Source: Desulfobacterales bacterium (GTDB lineage: Bacteria; Desulfobacterota; Desulfobacteria; Desulfobacterales; JAFDMD01). Taken from it: a stretch of DNA of 45,905 nt. Under the pieces are notes generated by a model. It saw nothing but the letters and a program-made list of their open reading frames with translations. It was not told the DNA's origin and did no database searches. The stretch spans positions 1 to 45,905 of the forward strand of contig JAOZTP010000001.1 of the NCBI GenBank assembly GCA_029939135.1. Reading direction: 5' to 3'. Shown piece after piece: positions 1 to 10,685 of this stretch. The translations under genes and the position numbers were made by a program. Each line of letters opens with the position of its first letter. Positions within the stretch are counted from its first letter, which is position 1.

Positions 1-2
1 TT

Positions 3-1064
3 GCCGATTTTTTTTGCGGAAGCGGAACAACTCCGGCAGTAGCCGAAAAACTTGGCAGAAAATGGATAGCCTGCGACCTCGGCAGATTTGCAATACACAC
101 TACAAGAAAAAGATTAATAGGAATCCAAAGAGAACTACAAATTGCGGAAAAAGATTTTAGAGCATTTGAAATATTAAACTTAGGCAAATACGAGCGCCGG
201 TTTTTTATAGAGGACATCAGCAATGGAGCAAGAAAAAGCAAAAAAGAAACCTATATTAATCTCATATTAGAAGCATACAAAGCAAAACATATTACCGGCA
301 ATAAAATATTTCACGGAATAAAAGCCGGCAGATTTATTCATATAGGACCATTAGAAGCGCCTGTTACGCAAAGTCTGCTTCAAACCATATTTGAGGAATG
401 CAAAGAAAAACTCTATACCCAAGTTGACGTATTAGGATTTGAATTTGAAATGGGTTTAACTCCGCATTTTATACAAACGCTAAATGAAAAAGGGGTATCC
501 GTTACCCTTAAAAACATTCCTAAAGAAGTATTTGACAAACGCGCCGTAGAAAAAGGGCAAGTAAAATTTTATGACGTAGCATATCTAAACGCAAAAATTA
601 AAACAAAAAATAAAACCGCAACCATAGAATTAACCGACTTTGTTACCCATTACACCCAAGACGACATAAAAGAGTTAGAACAAACAATGCGCGCCGGAAG
701 TAAAGTAATCATAGAAAACGGAGAAATTATAAAATTAGAAAAAGATAAAAACTCAATTATAAAACGCGAAATATTAACAAAAAGCTGGCGCGAATGGATA
801 GATTATTGGGCTATAGATTTTAATTACGAAGACAAAAAAGAAATCATAAAAATTAAAAACAACAAAGGCGAAACCGAAGAACAATGGACAGGCAACTACC
901 TGTTTGAAAACGAATGGCAAAGCTTTAAAACTAAAAAAAAGCAAGAGTTAGATTTTATAAGCATTCCTCACCAATACAACCAAAAAGGCAAATACAAAGT
1001 AATGGTAAAAGTTATAGACATACTCGGAATCGATACAAGCAGAATCTTTGAAATCCAAATATAA
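3..1064 (+). CDS. DNA methyltransferase, C-terminal part (5' end lies outside the window)
   Basis: Frame 3 is open from the window edge. Translation starts ADFFCGSGTTPAVAEKLGRKWIACDL, the AdoMet-binding motif I (D-x-F-x-GSGTT...LGR) of beta-class N4/N6 (Mod-like) methylases. The ORF track shows only the part after the internal Met at 450. Confidence 0.7.
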   Translation, partial: ADFFCGSGTTPAVAEKLGRKWIACDLGRFAIHTTRKRLIGIQRELQIAEKDFRAFEILNLGKYERRFFIEDISNGARKSKKETYINLILEAYKAKHITGNKIFHGIKAGRFIHIGPLEAPVTQSLLQTIFEECKEKLYTQVDVLGFEFEMGLTPHFIQTLNEKGVSVTLKNIPKEVFDKRAVEKGQVKFYDVAYLNAKIKTKNKTATIELTDFVTHYTQDDIKELEQTMRAGSKVIIENGEIIKLEKDKNSIIKREILTKSWREWIDYWAIDFNYEDKKEIIKIKNNKGETEEQWTGNYLFENEWQSFKTKKKQELDFISIPHQYNQKGKYKVMVKVIDILGIDTSRIFEIQI

Positions 1065-1297
1065 AAAGAGACAAAGGAACAGAGAAAGCGGTTTTTAATT
1101 GCAAGATGTAAAGAGCGGTAAAGAGGTTGCAATACAACCTTTAAAGAAAGCCAAACCGATTAAGTCCGTTGAAGGTAAAAAGTGGAAACTTATACGAAAG
1201 AAATTGTTTTTATGTTTAAATTTGTATTTTAAGCATAATACATGATAAAGTCGGATTAATTTTTTTTAGCAACTCTAACTACGAGGTGAAAACTATT

Positions 1298-1813
1298 ATG
1301 TCAGGATACATTCAGGTTTATACGGGAGACGGCAAAGGTAAAACTACGGCGGCTTTAGGACTTAGCATGCGGGCTATAGGCGCTGGTTTAAAAGTTTTTA
1401 TAGCTCAGTTTATGAAAAAAGGTAATTACAGCGAAGTTAATACATTAAAAAAACTTAATGATTTTATAACAATAAAACAGTATGGCACAGGCGCTCTTAT
1501 TAAAGGTTCCCCTTCCGACGAAGATATAAAGGTATGCGAAAAAGGACTTGAAGAGATTGAAAAATTTATATCTACAAAAAAATACGACATTATTATAATG
1601 GACGAAATAAACGTAGCCATAGCTTACGGAATATGTTCTATCGAGCGTCTTATGAAGCTTATAGATTGCAAGCATGAAGATGTAGAGTTGGTTATAACCG
1701 GAAGAGGAGCGCATCAAGAATTGGTAAAAAGAGCGGATCTTGTTACGGAAGCAAAAGAGGTTAAGCATTATTTTAGCAAAGGGGTTAAAGCAAGAGACGG
1801 CATAGAAAAATAA
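1298..1813 (+). CDS. cobO: Cob(I)yrinic acid a,c-diamide adenosyltransferase (CobO/BtuR type)
   Basis: Has YTGDGKGKTTAALGLSMRA P-loop and ...MDEINVA...VITGR, typical of CobA/CobO. The ATG at 1298 follows GAGGTG. The track ORF starts at the GTG at 1286, which lies inside that putative RBS. Confidence 0.85.
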   Translation: MSGYIQVYTGDGKGKTTAALGLSMRAIGAGLKVFIAQFMKKGNYSEVNTLKKLNDFITIKQYGTGALIKGSPSDEDIKVCEKGLEEIEKFISTKKYDIIIMDEINVAIAYGICSIERLMKLIDCKHEDVELVITGRGAHQELVKRADLVTEAKEVKHYFSKGVKARDGIEK

Positions 1814-2044
1814 TCTATTTATTTTTTTATTAAAAAGATTGTTTTTTTGATAATTTTTTTTTCTATCCTTGAAGTTGTAATTTTTTTTTATGGAAGCTAT
1901 AGATAAACGAAAAATATAAAAGTTCCGCCCTATTCATCGCCAGCGGATTTATATGATATTATTATTAATATGAAGCCGGCTTATAATGGATTGAAAAAAT
2001 ATAAAATCAATAATGATAAATCATAAAAATATTAAGGATAAATC

Positions 2045-4924
2045 ATGTTAAACGCCTCCATATTTTCGAGCCTATATAATCGTAAAAAATCAATACCATT
2101 TTATATACTGCCGATTATAGCGCTTATATTCTTATGCAATTCTTGCGTAACGACGAATAGTTATTCTTATATACCATGGACGCATGAACAAAGCGATATT
2201 GCCCCTGATCCGGAATTGACTTTCGGAAACTTTGAAAACGGTTTGGGATATGTTTTAAAAAAGAATGATAAGCCGAGAAACAGAGTTTCGATGCATCTTT
2301 ATATAAAAGCAGGCTCTTTAAACGAAACCGAAGAGGAGCAAGGGCTTGCTCATTTTATGGAGCATATGCTTTTTAACGGCACAAAAAATTTTCCGCCCGG
2401 AGAGTTGGTAAAGTATTTTCAAAAAATAGGGATGCAATTCGGACCGGACGCAAACGGTTATACCAGTTTTAACAAAACGGTTTATGATATCTTTCTGCCG
2501 GACGGTTCCGATAAAAGCATATCCGAAGGGCTTGCAGTGTTGAAAGATTATCTTTGCGGCGCTCTTTTGTTGCCCGCCGAGATAGAAAAAGAGAAAAAAA
2601 TAATATTATCCGAAAAAAATATGCGGGATTCGGATACGTATAGAACATTCGTTTCGACGCTTAAATTTGAAATGCCGGATTCCTTAATATCAAGACGGCT
2701 TCCCATAGGGGATGAAAATGTAATAAAAAAAACGGATAAAAAACTTTTAAAAAAGTTTTACGATACATGGTATGCCCCTCAAAACAGCATAATAGTTATA
2801 GTAGGAGACTTTGATAAAGATATTGTTGAAAAAAGGTTGCAAGAGCTATTTTCTCAAATTAAGCCGAGAGCGCCCTCTCGCGCTTTGCCGGATATCGGAG
2901 ATATAAATCATCAGGAATTGAAAGCTTTTTATCATTACGAAAAAAAAGCGGGCAAAACAAACGTTTCCATAGAAACAATCAGAACAATCCCCTCTCCAAA
3001 AGATTCGCTTCTATTAAGAAAAGAGGAACTGTTAAAAAGAGCCGCGGATATGATAATAGAGAAAAGAATTAACGAAATGATAGATAGCGGCAAGGCTCCT
3101 TTTATCTCCGCATCAATAAATTCAGGCATATATTTTAAAAATATAGAGTATGCTTCAATAGAAGCGGTTCCTTCTGCCGGCAAATGGAAAGAGACATTAT
3201 CGGAGATTGAACAAGTTTTACGCAAAGCCTTTTTATACGGATTTTCCGAAGGGGAGATTAATATAGTCAAAAAGGAATTAAGCGCTTTTTTTGAAAATGC
3301 GGCTAAGCAAGAACAAAATATTGAAAGCGCGGGACTGGCAAATAAAATAATATATTCCATATCAAACGACAGGGTTTATAACTCTATAAAACAGAAAAAA
3401 GAGATAGCGGATCCCATTTTATCAGGCATGACTGCGCAACAGGTTTATGAAGCCTTTTTAAATAATTGGAAAGAAGACGGCATTCTTTTATTGGTTACAG
3501 GCGACACATTAATTAATCCGACCGAAGCCGACAGCCCCGAAGAGATTATTAAAGAGGTTTATTATCAAAGTTTGGAAATGCCGGTGGAAGAACCGGAAAA
3601 AAAGGATGAAGTCTTGTTTCCGTATCTAGATCCGCCTGTTAAACCCGGAAAAATAGTAAAGCAGACAGATATAGAAGATTTGGGAATAATATATGTTGAT
3701 TTTGAAAACGGAGTAAGACTCAATTTAAAGAAAACAGACTTTGACGATAATAAAATTCTTTTTTCGGCAAGTTTCGGCGGCGGGAAGTCAGCCGAGCCTG
3801 CGAACTTTCCCGGAATTTCCGCCATTACCTTTGACGTTATAAACGAAAGCGGAACAGGCGTTTTTACAAACGATCAATTATCCGAAGCGCTTGCAGGCAA
3901 ACATACCTCCATAGGATTTGGGATAGCCGAAGGAAGTTTTACATATTCCGGAGCCAGCATTCCTGAAGAAACGGAACTGCTTTTTCAATTGCTTTATACC
4001 TTTTTAACGGATACCGGATATAGGGAAAACGCATACAAAAGAGCGCTCGAAGATATTAGGCAAGAGCATGAGGCTTTAATCCACAACATAGAAGGAGGGA
4101 AAGCGCTTTATCTTGAGAAATTCCTTGCGGGCGGAGACGCCAGATTCGGTTTTCCTTCTTATGAAGATATAAAAAAAATAAGCCTTGCGGACATAAAAGC
4201 ATGGCTTGAGCCTATTATTCAAAACAGCGCTATAGAAATATCAATAACCGGAGATTTTAATATAGACTGGGTAATAGATAACGCCTCCTTATACCTCGGA
4301 GGCTTGCCCGCTCGCGAAATAAAAAAAGAGAAACAACTTTTAAAGGCGCCGAGATTTCCTACAGGCGATAGAAAAAAGTTTGAAATAGAAACCGATATAC
4401 CAAAGGCAATAGTAACGGCTGCATATCCTACGGATGATTTTTACGACATAAAAAGAACCAGAGTTTTAAATCTGCTTGCGGCTTTATTCTCCGAAAAAAT
4501 GCGCGAAGAGATAAGAGAGAAAAAAGGGCTGGCATATTCTTCTTACGCTTTTAATAACCCAAGCGAAACCTATAAAAATTACGGAGTATTGCGAGCCGAA
4601 ATTTTTATAAAAACCGGAGATGAAAATAAAACCGTTGCTGCGGTAAAGAAGATAGCTGCCGATCTGGCGGCAGGGAGAATAACTCAAGATGAATTTATAC
4701 GCGTAAAAAAACCCATTTTAACTACGATAAAAGACATATTGGAGAAGAATTCGTATTGGCTTAACACCGTTTTATCAGATTCGGTTAATTATCCGGAAAG
4801 ATTAGATTGGGCGCGAAACATATATGACGGATATTCCAAAATTAGATTAGAAGATGTGAAAAAAGCGGCAAGAACCTATTTGGACAATAAAAAAGCGGCA
4901 ATAGTAATAATAAAACAAAAGTAA
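2045..4924 (+). CDS. M16-family zinc metallopeptidase (two-lobed, insulinase/PqqL-like), probably exported
   Basis: Inverted zinc motif HFMEHMLFNGT (HxxEH), 959 aa with N- and C-terminal M16 halves, and a hydrophobic N-terminus ending ...LCNSC. Confidence 0.85.
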   Translation: MLNASIFSSLYNRKKSIPFYILPIIALIFLCNSCVTTNSYSYIPWTHEQSDIAPDPELTFGNFENGLGYVLKKNDKPRNRVSMHLYIKAGSLNETEEEQGLAHFMEHMLFNGTKNFPPGELVKYFQKIGMQFGPDANGYTSFNKTVYDIFLPDGSDKSISEGLAVLKDYLCGALLLPAEIEKEKKIILSEKNMRDSDTYRTFVSTLKFEMPDSLISRRLPIGDENVIKKTDKKLLKKFYDTWYAPQNSIIVIVGDFDKDIVEKRLQELFSQIKPRAPSRALPDIGDINHQELKAFYHYEKKAGKTNVSIETIRTIPSPKDSLLLRKEELLKRAADMIIEKRINEMIDSGKAPFISASINSGIYFKNIEYASIEAVPSAGKWKETLSEIEQVLRKAFLYGFSEGEINIVKKELSAFFENAAKQEQNIESAGLANKIIYSISNDRVYNSIKQKKEIADPILSGMTAQQVYEAFLNNWKEDGILLLVTGDTLINPTEADSPEEIIKEVYYQSLEMPVEEPEKKDEVLFPYLDPPVKPGKIVKQTDIEDLGIIYVDFENGVRLNLKKTDFDDNKILFSASFGGGKSAEPANFPGISAITFDVINESGTGVFTNDQLSEALAGKHTSIGFGIAEGSFTYSGASIPEETELLFQLLYTFLTDTGYRENAYKRALEDIRQEHEALIHNIEGGKALYLEKFLAGGDARFGFPSYEDIKKISLADIKAWLEPIIQNSAIEISITGDFNIDWVIDNASLYLGGLPAREIKKEKQLLKAPRFPTGDRKKFEIETDIPKAIVTAAYPTDDFYDIKRTRVLNLLAALFSEKMREEIREKKGLAYSSYAFNNPSETYKNYGVLRAEIFIKTGDENKTVAAVKKIAADLAAGRITQDEFIRVKKPILTTIKDILEKNSYWLNTVLSDSVNYPERLDWARNIYDGYSKIRLEDVKKAARTYLDNKKAAIVIIKQK

Positions 4925-4926
4925 TA

Positions 4927-4950
4927 AAGAGGCGTATTATTTTGCCTCTT
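4927..4950. terminator. Short hairpin between convergent M16 peptidase and coaD genes
   Basis: AAGAGGC-N10-GCCTCTT. It overlaps the coaD stop codon. The stem is only 7 bp. Confidence 0.3.
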
Positions 4951-5428
4951 GCCTAAACTTTTTGTGAAGATGCCGCTTAACCGTTTCCGGCACAAGCCCG
5001 TCTATATCGCCGCCGAATTTTGCGGCGTCTTTAATAATAGAGGAGCTTATAAATATCCATCTTAAGCCTGTCATTAAAAATACCGTCTGAATTTTTTTTT
5101 CTAACTTTCTGTTCATAAGGGCAAGCTGAAATTCATATTCAAAGTCCGAAACCGCTCTCATACCCCGCAATATTGCTTTTGCATTTTTCATCTTGGCATA
5201 ATCAACCAAAAGACCGTTAAAACTATCAACCGCAACATTATTAAAGCCTGCAAGACTTTCTTGTAACATCTCTTTTCTTTCTTCTACCGAAAACATAGAT
5301 TCTTTTGCCGGATTATAAAGTATTGCCACAATAATTTTGTCAAACAGATCAAGCCCTCTTTCTATTATATCGATATGTCCGTTAGTTACCGGATCAAAAG
5401 ATCCCGGATATACGGCGATTCTTTCCAT
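4937..5428 (-). CDS. coaD: Phosphopantetheine adenylyltransferase
   Basis: AVYPGSFDPVTNGHIDII (nucleotidyltransferase H-x-G-H), 163 aa, colinear with CoaD. Confidence 0.9.
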   Translation of the reverse strand: MERIAVYPGSFDPVTNGHIDIIERGLDLFDKIIVAILYNPAKESMFSVEERKEMLQESLAGFNNVAVDSFNGLLVDYAKMKNAKAILRGMRAVSDFEYEFQLALMNRKLEKKIQTVFLMTGLRWIFISSSIIKDAAKFGGDIDGLVPETVKRHLHKKFRQEAK

Positions 5429-5498
5429 AATATTTTTACCTTTCTTTTGATTGAATATTATTAATAATGGGAGTTTTTTATTTTTATATCATAGTAAA

Positions 5499-5612
5499 TG
5501 GATTTTTTCTCGCTTCATTTGCTAAAATGACATGGTAAAAAACCGCCTGTATAAATGAGAAAGCAAAAAAAATGCTTGCTGTCATTTCAAGCGAAGCGAG
5601 AAATCCCTTTAT
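5499..5612. repeat. Palindromic intergenic repeat, copy A (MITE/REP-like)
   Basis: Left arm GGATTTTTTCTCGCTTCATTTGCTAAAATGACA. Right arm GCTGTCATTTCAAGCGAAGCGAGAAATCCCTTTATT. Same family as the copies at 22697, 35682, 37568 and 40962. Confidence 0.6.
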
Positions 5613-5790
5613 TGTTTTAATGCTATTCACAATAAAGTTGCGGATAAATCAAGAGAAAAAAAAGGGGTATTGTTTTTACTTTTACGGGAATTAATAATAA
5701 TTATAGCCCGTTATCGCAAAGGTTGACTTTTAATTTATATATAGTTATGTATAATTATTCATATTAATAATTAAATCGGAGGTTTAAATA

Positions 5791-6723
5791 ATGCCGCTTT
5801 TTGAAATTTCAAAAAACAATTTGTCATCCATAGGACAAAAAAATTTTGAATTAGAAAAAAAATTACAGATATTGATAGAAAAAAATTTAAAAACAGTTTT
5901 TAACTGTCGTTTTGTCGCTACGGAATTTTCTACGGGTAATCAACACAATGGAAGAATAGATACTTTGGCTCTTTCCGAAGATAATAATCCTGTTATTATA
6001 GAATATAAAAAGGTCGTATCTTCGGAATTAATAAATCAAAGTTTATTCTATCTGTATTGGCTGCAAGATCATAAAGGCGATTTTGAGATAGCCGTTTAAA
6101 AAAAACTTGGAAATTCGATAAAAATAGATTGGTCAGATATTAGAGTGATTTGTATTGCCCCCAATTATAAAAAATATGATCTGCATGCCGTTCAAGTTAT
6201 GGGGGCAAATATCGAACTTTGGAAATATCGACTTTTTACCAATAATATTTTATATTTTGAAGAAGTTTTGCATACTTCAAAAATTATCTCAGGTTCCGAG
6301 ACGTCAAATAAAAATCCGGTTATGGTTGAAGCAGGAAAAAAAGCGGCGATTACAAAAGCTACGGCTATATATACATTCGATGAACATATAGAAGGCAAAC
6401 CTGACCATATTAAAGAGATTGTTTATAAAATCAGAGAATTTATAATGGAATTAGATACTTCAATTGAAGAAATTCCTAAAAAATATTATGTCGCATATAA
6501 AGTTTCACAAAATATTGTTTGTATGATTATAAAAGGGCAGCTAATTAATTTATTTTTAAAATTAGATGAGTCAGAAGTTTTAAACCCGCCTGAATTTTAT
6601 AAAGATATGAGTCAAACAGGACATCAGGGCACAGGCGACGCAAGATTTGCTATCTCGTCGGAATCAGAATTGGACCAGACAAAACCTTTTATTGAGCTGG
6701 CATATAATAAAATCGGAGGGTAG
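5791..6723 (+). pseudogene. NucS-like PD-(D/E)xK nuclease / DUF5655-type protein interrupted by an in-frame TAA (6097..6099)
   Basis: ORFs 5791..6099 and 6145..6723 share one frame. Translation reads straight through: ...HKGDFEIAV*KKLGNSIKIDWSDIRVICIAPNYKKYD. The N-terminal half has GRIDTLAL...VIIEYKK (D...ExK). Confidence 0.6.
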
Positions 6724-6790
6724 TTAGGCTTAACTACAATCAAATAAAATTCGATAATTTTATAATATTTTTTATTAAAAAAGAATTGCT

Positions 6791-7063
6791 ATGTTAATAA
6801 TAAAAAAAGCGGAGTATATCGGCGATTATACAATCCGGCTTATTTTTAACAACGGAAAAAAGGGGAAAGTCGATCTTGAAAAAATAATATTTGAAGATAA
6901 AAGACCGATTTTTTCAAAATTAAAAAATAAAAACGATTTTAAAAATTTCCAAATTAAGTATAATACCGTAACTTGGAACGCAGGGCTTGATTTGGCTCCG
7001 GAGTATCTTTTTTACCTTGCATTTAAAGAGGATATGGATTTACAAAATCAATTTAAACAATGA
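6791..7063 (+). CDS. DUF2442-like small protein
   Basis: 90 aa. The pattern ...IKKAEYIGDYTIRLIFNNGKKGKVDL...WNAGLDLAPEYLF resembles the DUF2442 family. A paralog lies at 33285..33524. Confidence 0.6.
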   Translation: MLIIKKAEYIGDYTIRLIFNNGKKGKVDLEKIIFEDKRPIFSKLKNKNDFKNFQIKYNTVTWNAGLDLAPEYLFYLAFKEDMDLQNQFKQ

Positions 7064-7388
7064 GGTTATATCAAAATATAAAATACCTCATTATAACGGC
7101 TTATTATTTCCCGAACCTCCAATATTCCCTCCCGAAAATTCCTATTTATTAAAAACTGATTTGACATAAAAAAAAGACTGGCTTAAAACTCATAGGCTTA
7201 TAAACTTGTAGATAGAAAAATAGTTTCTGTTTGCTTTTAAGGCTGAAAAAAGGTTTTAATTTTTAAAATCGGTTGAAAATTCTAAAGATTAAAGTTTTTT
7301 TAAGCGTTAATTAGAAACAAGCTTCTATATTTTTCTATAAAAAACAGATTTACAATCTAATAATGCTGATATTTTCAAGGAGGAAACA

Positions 7389-8393
7389 ATGAGCATAAAA
7401 ATAGGAATTAACGGATTTGGCAGAATCGGGCGTAACATGTTAAGAGCCGCTTTGGATAACAAAGATGCCGAAATAGTCGCTATAAACGACCTTATGGAGC
7501 CGGAAACAATAGCTCAACTGCTTAAATACGATTCGGTTCATGGCAGACTTGACGCCGAAGTAAAGGCGTTAAGCGGCGCAATAGAGGTAAACGGCAAAAA
7601 AATAGCCGTAACTTCAATTAAAGACCCAGCAGCGCTTAAATGGAAAGAATTCGGCGTAGATATAGCCGCAGAAAGCACGGGGCTTTTCAGAGATAGAGAA
7701 AGCGCAAAAAAACATCTTGCGGCGGGAGCAAAAAAAGTAATAATTTCGGCTCCGGGAAAAGATCCTGATATAACCATAGTGTTAGGCGTAAATGCCGACG
7801 AATACGACAGCGCAAAACATCATATAATATCAAACGCTTCCTGCACTACAAACTGTCTTGCTCCGGTAGCAAAAGTGTTAAATGATAAATTTAAAATCAA
7901 AACAGGGCTTATGACTACGGTCCATGCTTATACCGGAGATCAAAAACTTCTTGATGCTCCTCATAAAGATTTAAGACGCGCAAGAGGCGCCGCTCTTTCT
8001 ATGATACCGACAACTACCGGCGCGGCAAAAGCGGTCGCCCTTGTTTTACCGGAACTTTCCGGCAAACTTTCCGGACTTGCCGTAAGAGTGCCTACATCCA
8101 ACGTATCTTTGGTTGATCTTGTAGTCTCCGTAGAAAAGCAAAATATTACCGTAGAAGAGGTAAACGTCGCTTTAAAAGAGGCTTCGGAAAGTTATTTGGC
8201 AAATATACTCGGATACAGCGAGCTTCCTTTGGTTTCAATTGATTTTAACGGAGTGAAATTATCCTCCATAGTAGATGCGCCATGCACTTATGTGGGAGGC
8301 AATTTGATAAAGGTTCTTTCATGGTATGACAATGAAACCGGATATGCTAACAGAATGATCGATCTTGCCGTAATGGTAGGAAAAAAATTATAA
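7389..8393 (+). CDS. gap: Type I glyceraldehyde-3-phosphate dehydrogenase
   Basis: IGINGFGRIGRN Rossmann motif, active-site SNASCTTNCLAP, WYDNE near the C-terminus, AGGAGG RBS upstream. Confidence 0.95.
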   Translation: MSIKIGINGFGRIGRNMLRAALDNKDAEIVAINDLMEPETIAQLLKYDSVHGRLDAEVKALSGAIEVNGKKIAVTSIKDPAALKWKEFGVDIAAESTGLFRDRESAKKHLAAGAKKVIISAPGKDPDITIVLGVNADEYDSAKHHIISNASCTTNCLAPVAKVLNDKFKIKTGLMTTVHAYTGDQKLLDAPHKDLRRARGAALSMIPTTTGAAKAVALVLPELSGKLSGLAVRVPTSNVSLVDLVVSVEKQNITVEEVNVALKEASESYLANILGYSELPLVSIDFNGVKLSSIVDAPCTYVGGNLIKVLSWYDNETGYANRMIDLAVMVGKKL

Positions 8394-8397
8394 TAAT

Positions 8398-10575
8398 ATG
8401 AATTCTCCGATTAAAATAAAAGCCCAAATAGAAAGAATAACCTATAATAACGAAGAAAACGGTTATACCGTCGCAAGGGTAAAAATATTCGGAGAAAGAA
8501 GATTAATTACGGTAGTGGGCAGTATTGTATCTCCTACCCCGGGCGAAGTAATAGAAATGGAAGGCAATTGGGATAATCATCCTCAGTACGGAGAGCAGTT
8601 TCGTATTAAAGCCTGCAAAACATCTGTTCCCGCTACCGTATATGGCATAAAAAAATATCTCGGATCAGGACTTATCAAAGGCATAGGTCCTGTAATGGCT
8701 GAAAGAATAGTAAAAAAATTTAAGGAAAACACTCTTGAGATTATAGAAAAAAATATAGAAAACTTAACCCAAATAGAAGGAATAGCCGCCAAAAGAATCA
8801 AAATGATTCAAAAGGCTTGGGATGAGCAGAAAGATATTCGGGATTTAATGATTTTTCTTCAAAGCCATGGGGTAAGTTCCGGATATGCGGTAAAGATTTT
8901 CAAACGCTACGGAAATGCGGCTATAAATATAGTAAAGGAAAATCCTTACAGACTTGCCTCGGATATTTTCGGAATAGGCTTTGTAATAGCGGACAGCATA
9001 GCCGAAAAACTCGGAATTGCCAAAGATTCCGAAATAAGAGCGACAGCCGGAATATTATATGTTTTAGGCAAGACCGCAGAGGAGGGAAACGTATATTATC
9101 CTTATTCGCTTTTGCTTGAAAAATGCAAATCTATTTTAGATATATCAACCGATAATATAATATTCGCTCTTGGAAACCTAACATTAAGCAAACAGGTTAT
9201 AGTAGAAGATATTAACGAAGATAAAGAGTGGACCGAAAATAACAAAGCCGTATATCTTGCCAAATATCATGTTTGCGAAACGGCTTCGGCTTTTCGCATA
9301 AAAAATCTTATCCATTCTCAAAAATCATTACCGGAAATAGACGCCGATAAAGCTATCGAGCGGATTCAGAGCAGGCTAAACATTAAGCTTGCGGAAAAAC
9401 AGAAAGAGGCGGTTAAATCTGCTTTTCAAAATAAGGTTCTCGTAATAACAGGCGGACCCGGAACAGGCAAAACTACAATAATAAACTCCATAATAAAGAT
9501 ATTTTTACAAGAGAGCGTCAAAATACTTCTTGCCGCGCCTACAGGGCGGGCGGCAAAAAGAATGAGCGAAACTACCGGTTACCCCGCCTCCACAATACAT
9601 AGGCTTTTGGATTTTAATATGGCTGATAAAAAATTCAGGCATAATTTGCAAAATCCTTTAAAGTGCGACCTGTTAATAATAGACGAAGCCTCAATGATAG
9701 ACGTTCTGTTAATGCATCATCTTTTAAAAGCGGCGCCGCAAAATGCGGTTTTTATATTGGTAGGCGATATAAATCAGCTTCCTTCCGTAGGAGCGGGCAA
9801 TGTTTTAAAAGATATTATAGATTCCGGCGCGGTAAGCGTAGTTGAATTAAAAGAGATATTCAGGCAGGCGCAACAAAGCTCTATTATAGTGAACGCTCAT
9901 AGAATCAATCAGGGACTTTCCCCTTTTTATGCAAACGATTCTCCTGATACGGACTTTTATTTTATAGAGAAAGAGGATCCGGAAGAGGTTTTAAAAATAA
10001 TAGTTGATCTTGCATCAAACAGAATAACAAAACGTTTCGGTTTTGATCCTATAGAGGATATACAGGTATTAACCCCGATGCATAAAGGGGTAGTCGGAGC
10101 CGAAAATCTTAATAAAGAGTTAAGAAGGGTATTAAACCCGAACAAGTCCGAAATATCCGTAGGGTTTAAAACCTTTGCGGAACAGGATAAGGTTATGCAG
10201 ATAACCAACAATTACGATAAAAAGGTATATAACGGAGACATAGGCAGGATCATAAGAATAAATAAAGAGGATCAGAAAGCGTTAATACGTTTTGACGCAA
10301 AAGATATAGAATTTTCATTCTCCGATTTAGACGAAATAACTCATGCTTACGCCGTATCGGTTCATAAATCTCAGGGATCCGAATATCCGGCGGTTATAAT
10401 TCCGATTTTAACCCAGCATTATATATTGTTGCAAAGAAACCTTCTTTATACCGCCATAACAAGAGGCAAAAAATTAGTAACCATAGTAGGCTCAAAAAAG
10501 GCTATGGCTATAGGTATCAATAACGACAAGGTTAAAAAAAGATATACTCTTTTTAAAAAAAGACTTCAAAATTAA
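8398..10575 (+). CDS. recD2: RecD2-type SF1 ATP-dependent DNA helicase
   Basis: 725 aa with an N-terminal HhH region. Walker A is GGPGTGKTT, Walker B is LLIIDEASMID. VGDINQLPSVGAG and a C-terminal YAVSVHKSQGSEY...TAITRGKK are typical of RecD-like helicases. Confidence 0.85.
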   Translation: MNSPIKIKAQIERITYNNEENGYTVARVKIFGERRLITVVGSIVSPTPGEVIEMEGNWDNHPQYGEQFRIKACKTSVPATVYGIKKYLGSGLIKGIGPVMAERIVKKFKENTLEIIEKNIENLTQIEGIAAKRIKMIQKAWDEQKDIRDLMIFLQSHGVSSGYAVKIFKRYGNAAINIVKENPYRLASDIFGIGFVIADSIAEKLGIAKDSEIRATAGILYVLGKTAEEGNVYYPYSLLLEKCKSILDISTDNIIFALGNLTLSKQVIVEDINEDKEWTENNKAVYLAKYHVCETASAFRIKNLIHSQKSLPEIDADKAIERIQSRLNIKLAEKQKEAVKSAFQNKVLVITGGPGTGKTTIINSIIKIFLQESVKILLAAPTGRAAKRMSETTGYPASTIHRLLDFNMADKKFRHNLQNPLKCDLLIIDEASMIDVLLMHHLLKAAPQNAVFILVGDINQLPSVGAGNVLKDIIDSGAVSVVELKEIFRQAQQSSIIVNAHRINQGLSPFYANDSPDTDFYFIEKEDPEEVLKIIVDLASNRITKRFGFDPIEDIQVLTPMHKGVVGAENLNKELRRVLNPNKSEISVGFKTFAEQDKVMQITNNYDKKVYNGDIGRIIRINKEDQKALIRFDAKDIEFSFSDLDEITHAYAVSVHKSQGSEYPAVIIPILTQHYILLQRNLLYTAITRGKKLVTIVGSKKAMAIGINNDKVKKRYTLFKKRLQN

Positions 10576-10685
10576 TTCTGCTAAAAAGGATTAATATATT
10601 CGTTTAGTTATTAAGAACTATAGGTCAGCAACTAAGACCGAAAAACTATTAAAAAATAGTATAAATTAATATAGGAAAATAAAAG

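Noticed and set aside
1065-1297. Possible cobalamin riboswitch in the 233-bp leader of cobO.
   Set aside because: I found no B12-box-like GCCACTG or AGYCMGG core, and no GGGAA/GGTG elements typical of the class. There is only a small local hairpin (AGGTTGCAATACAACCT).
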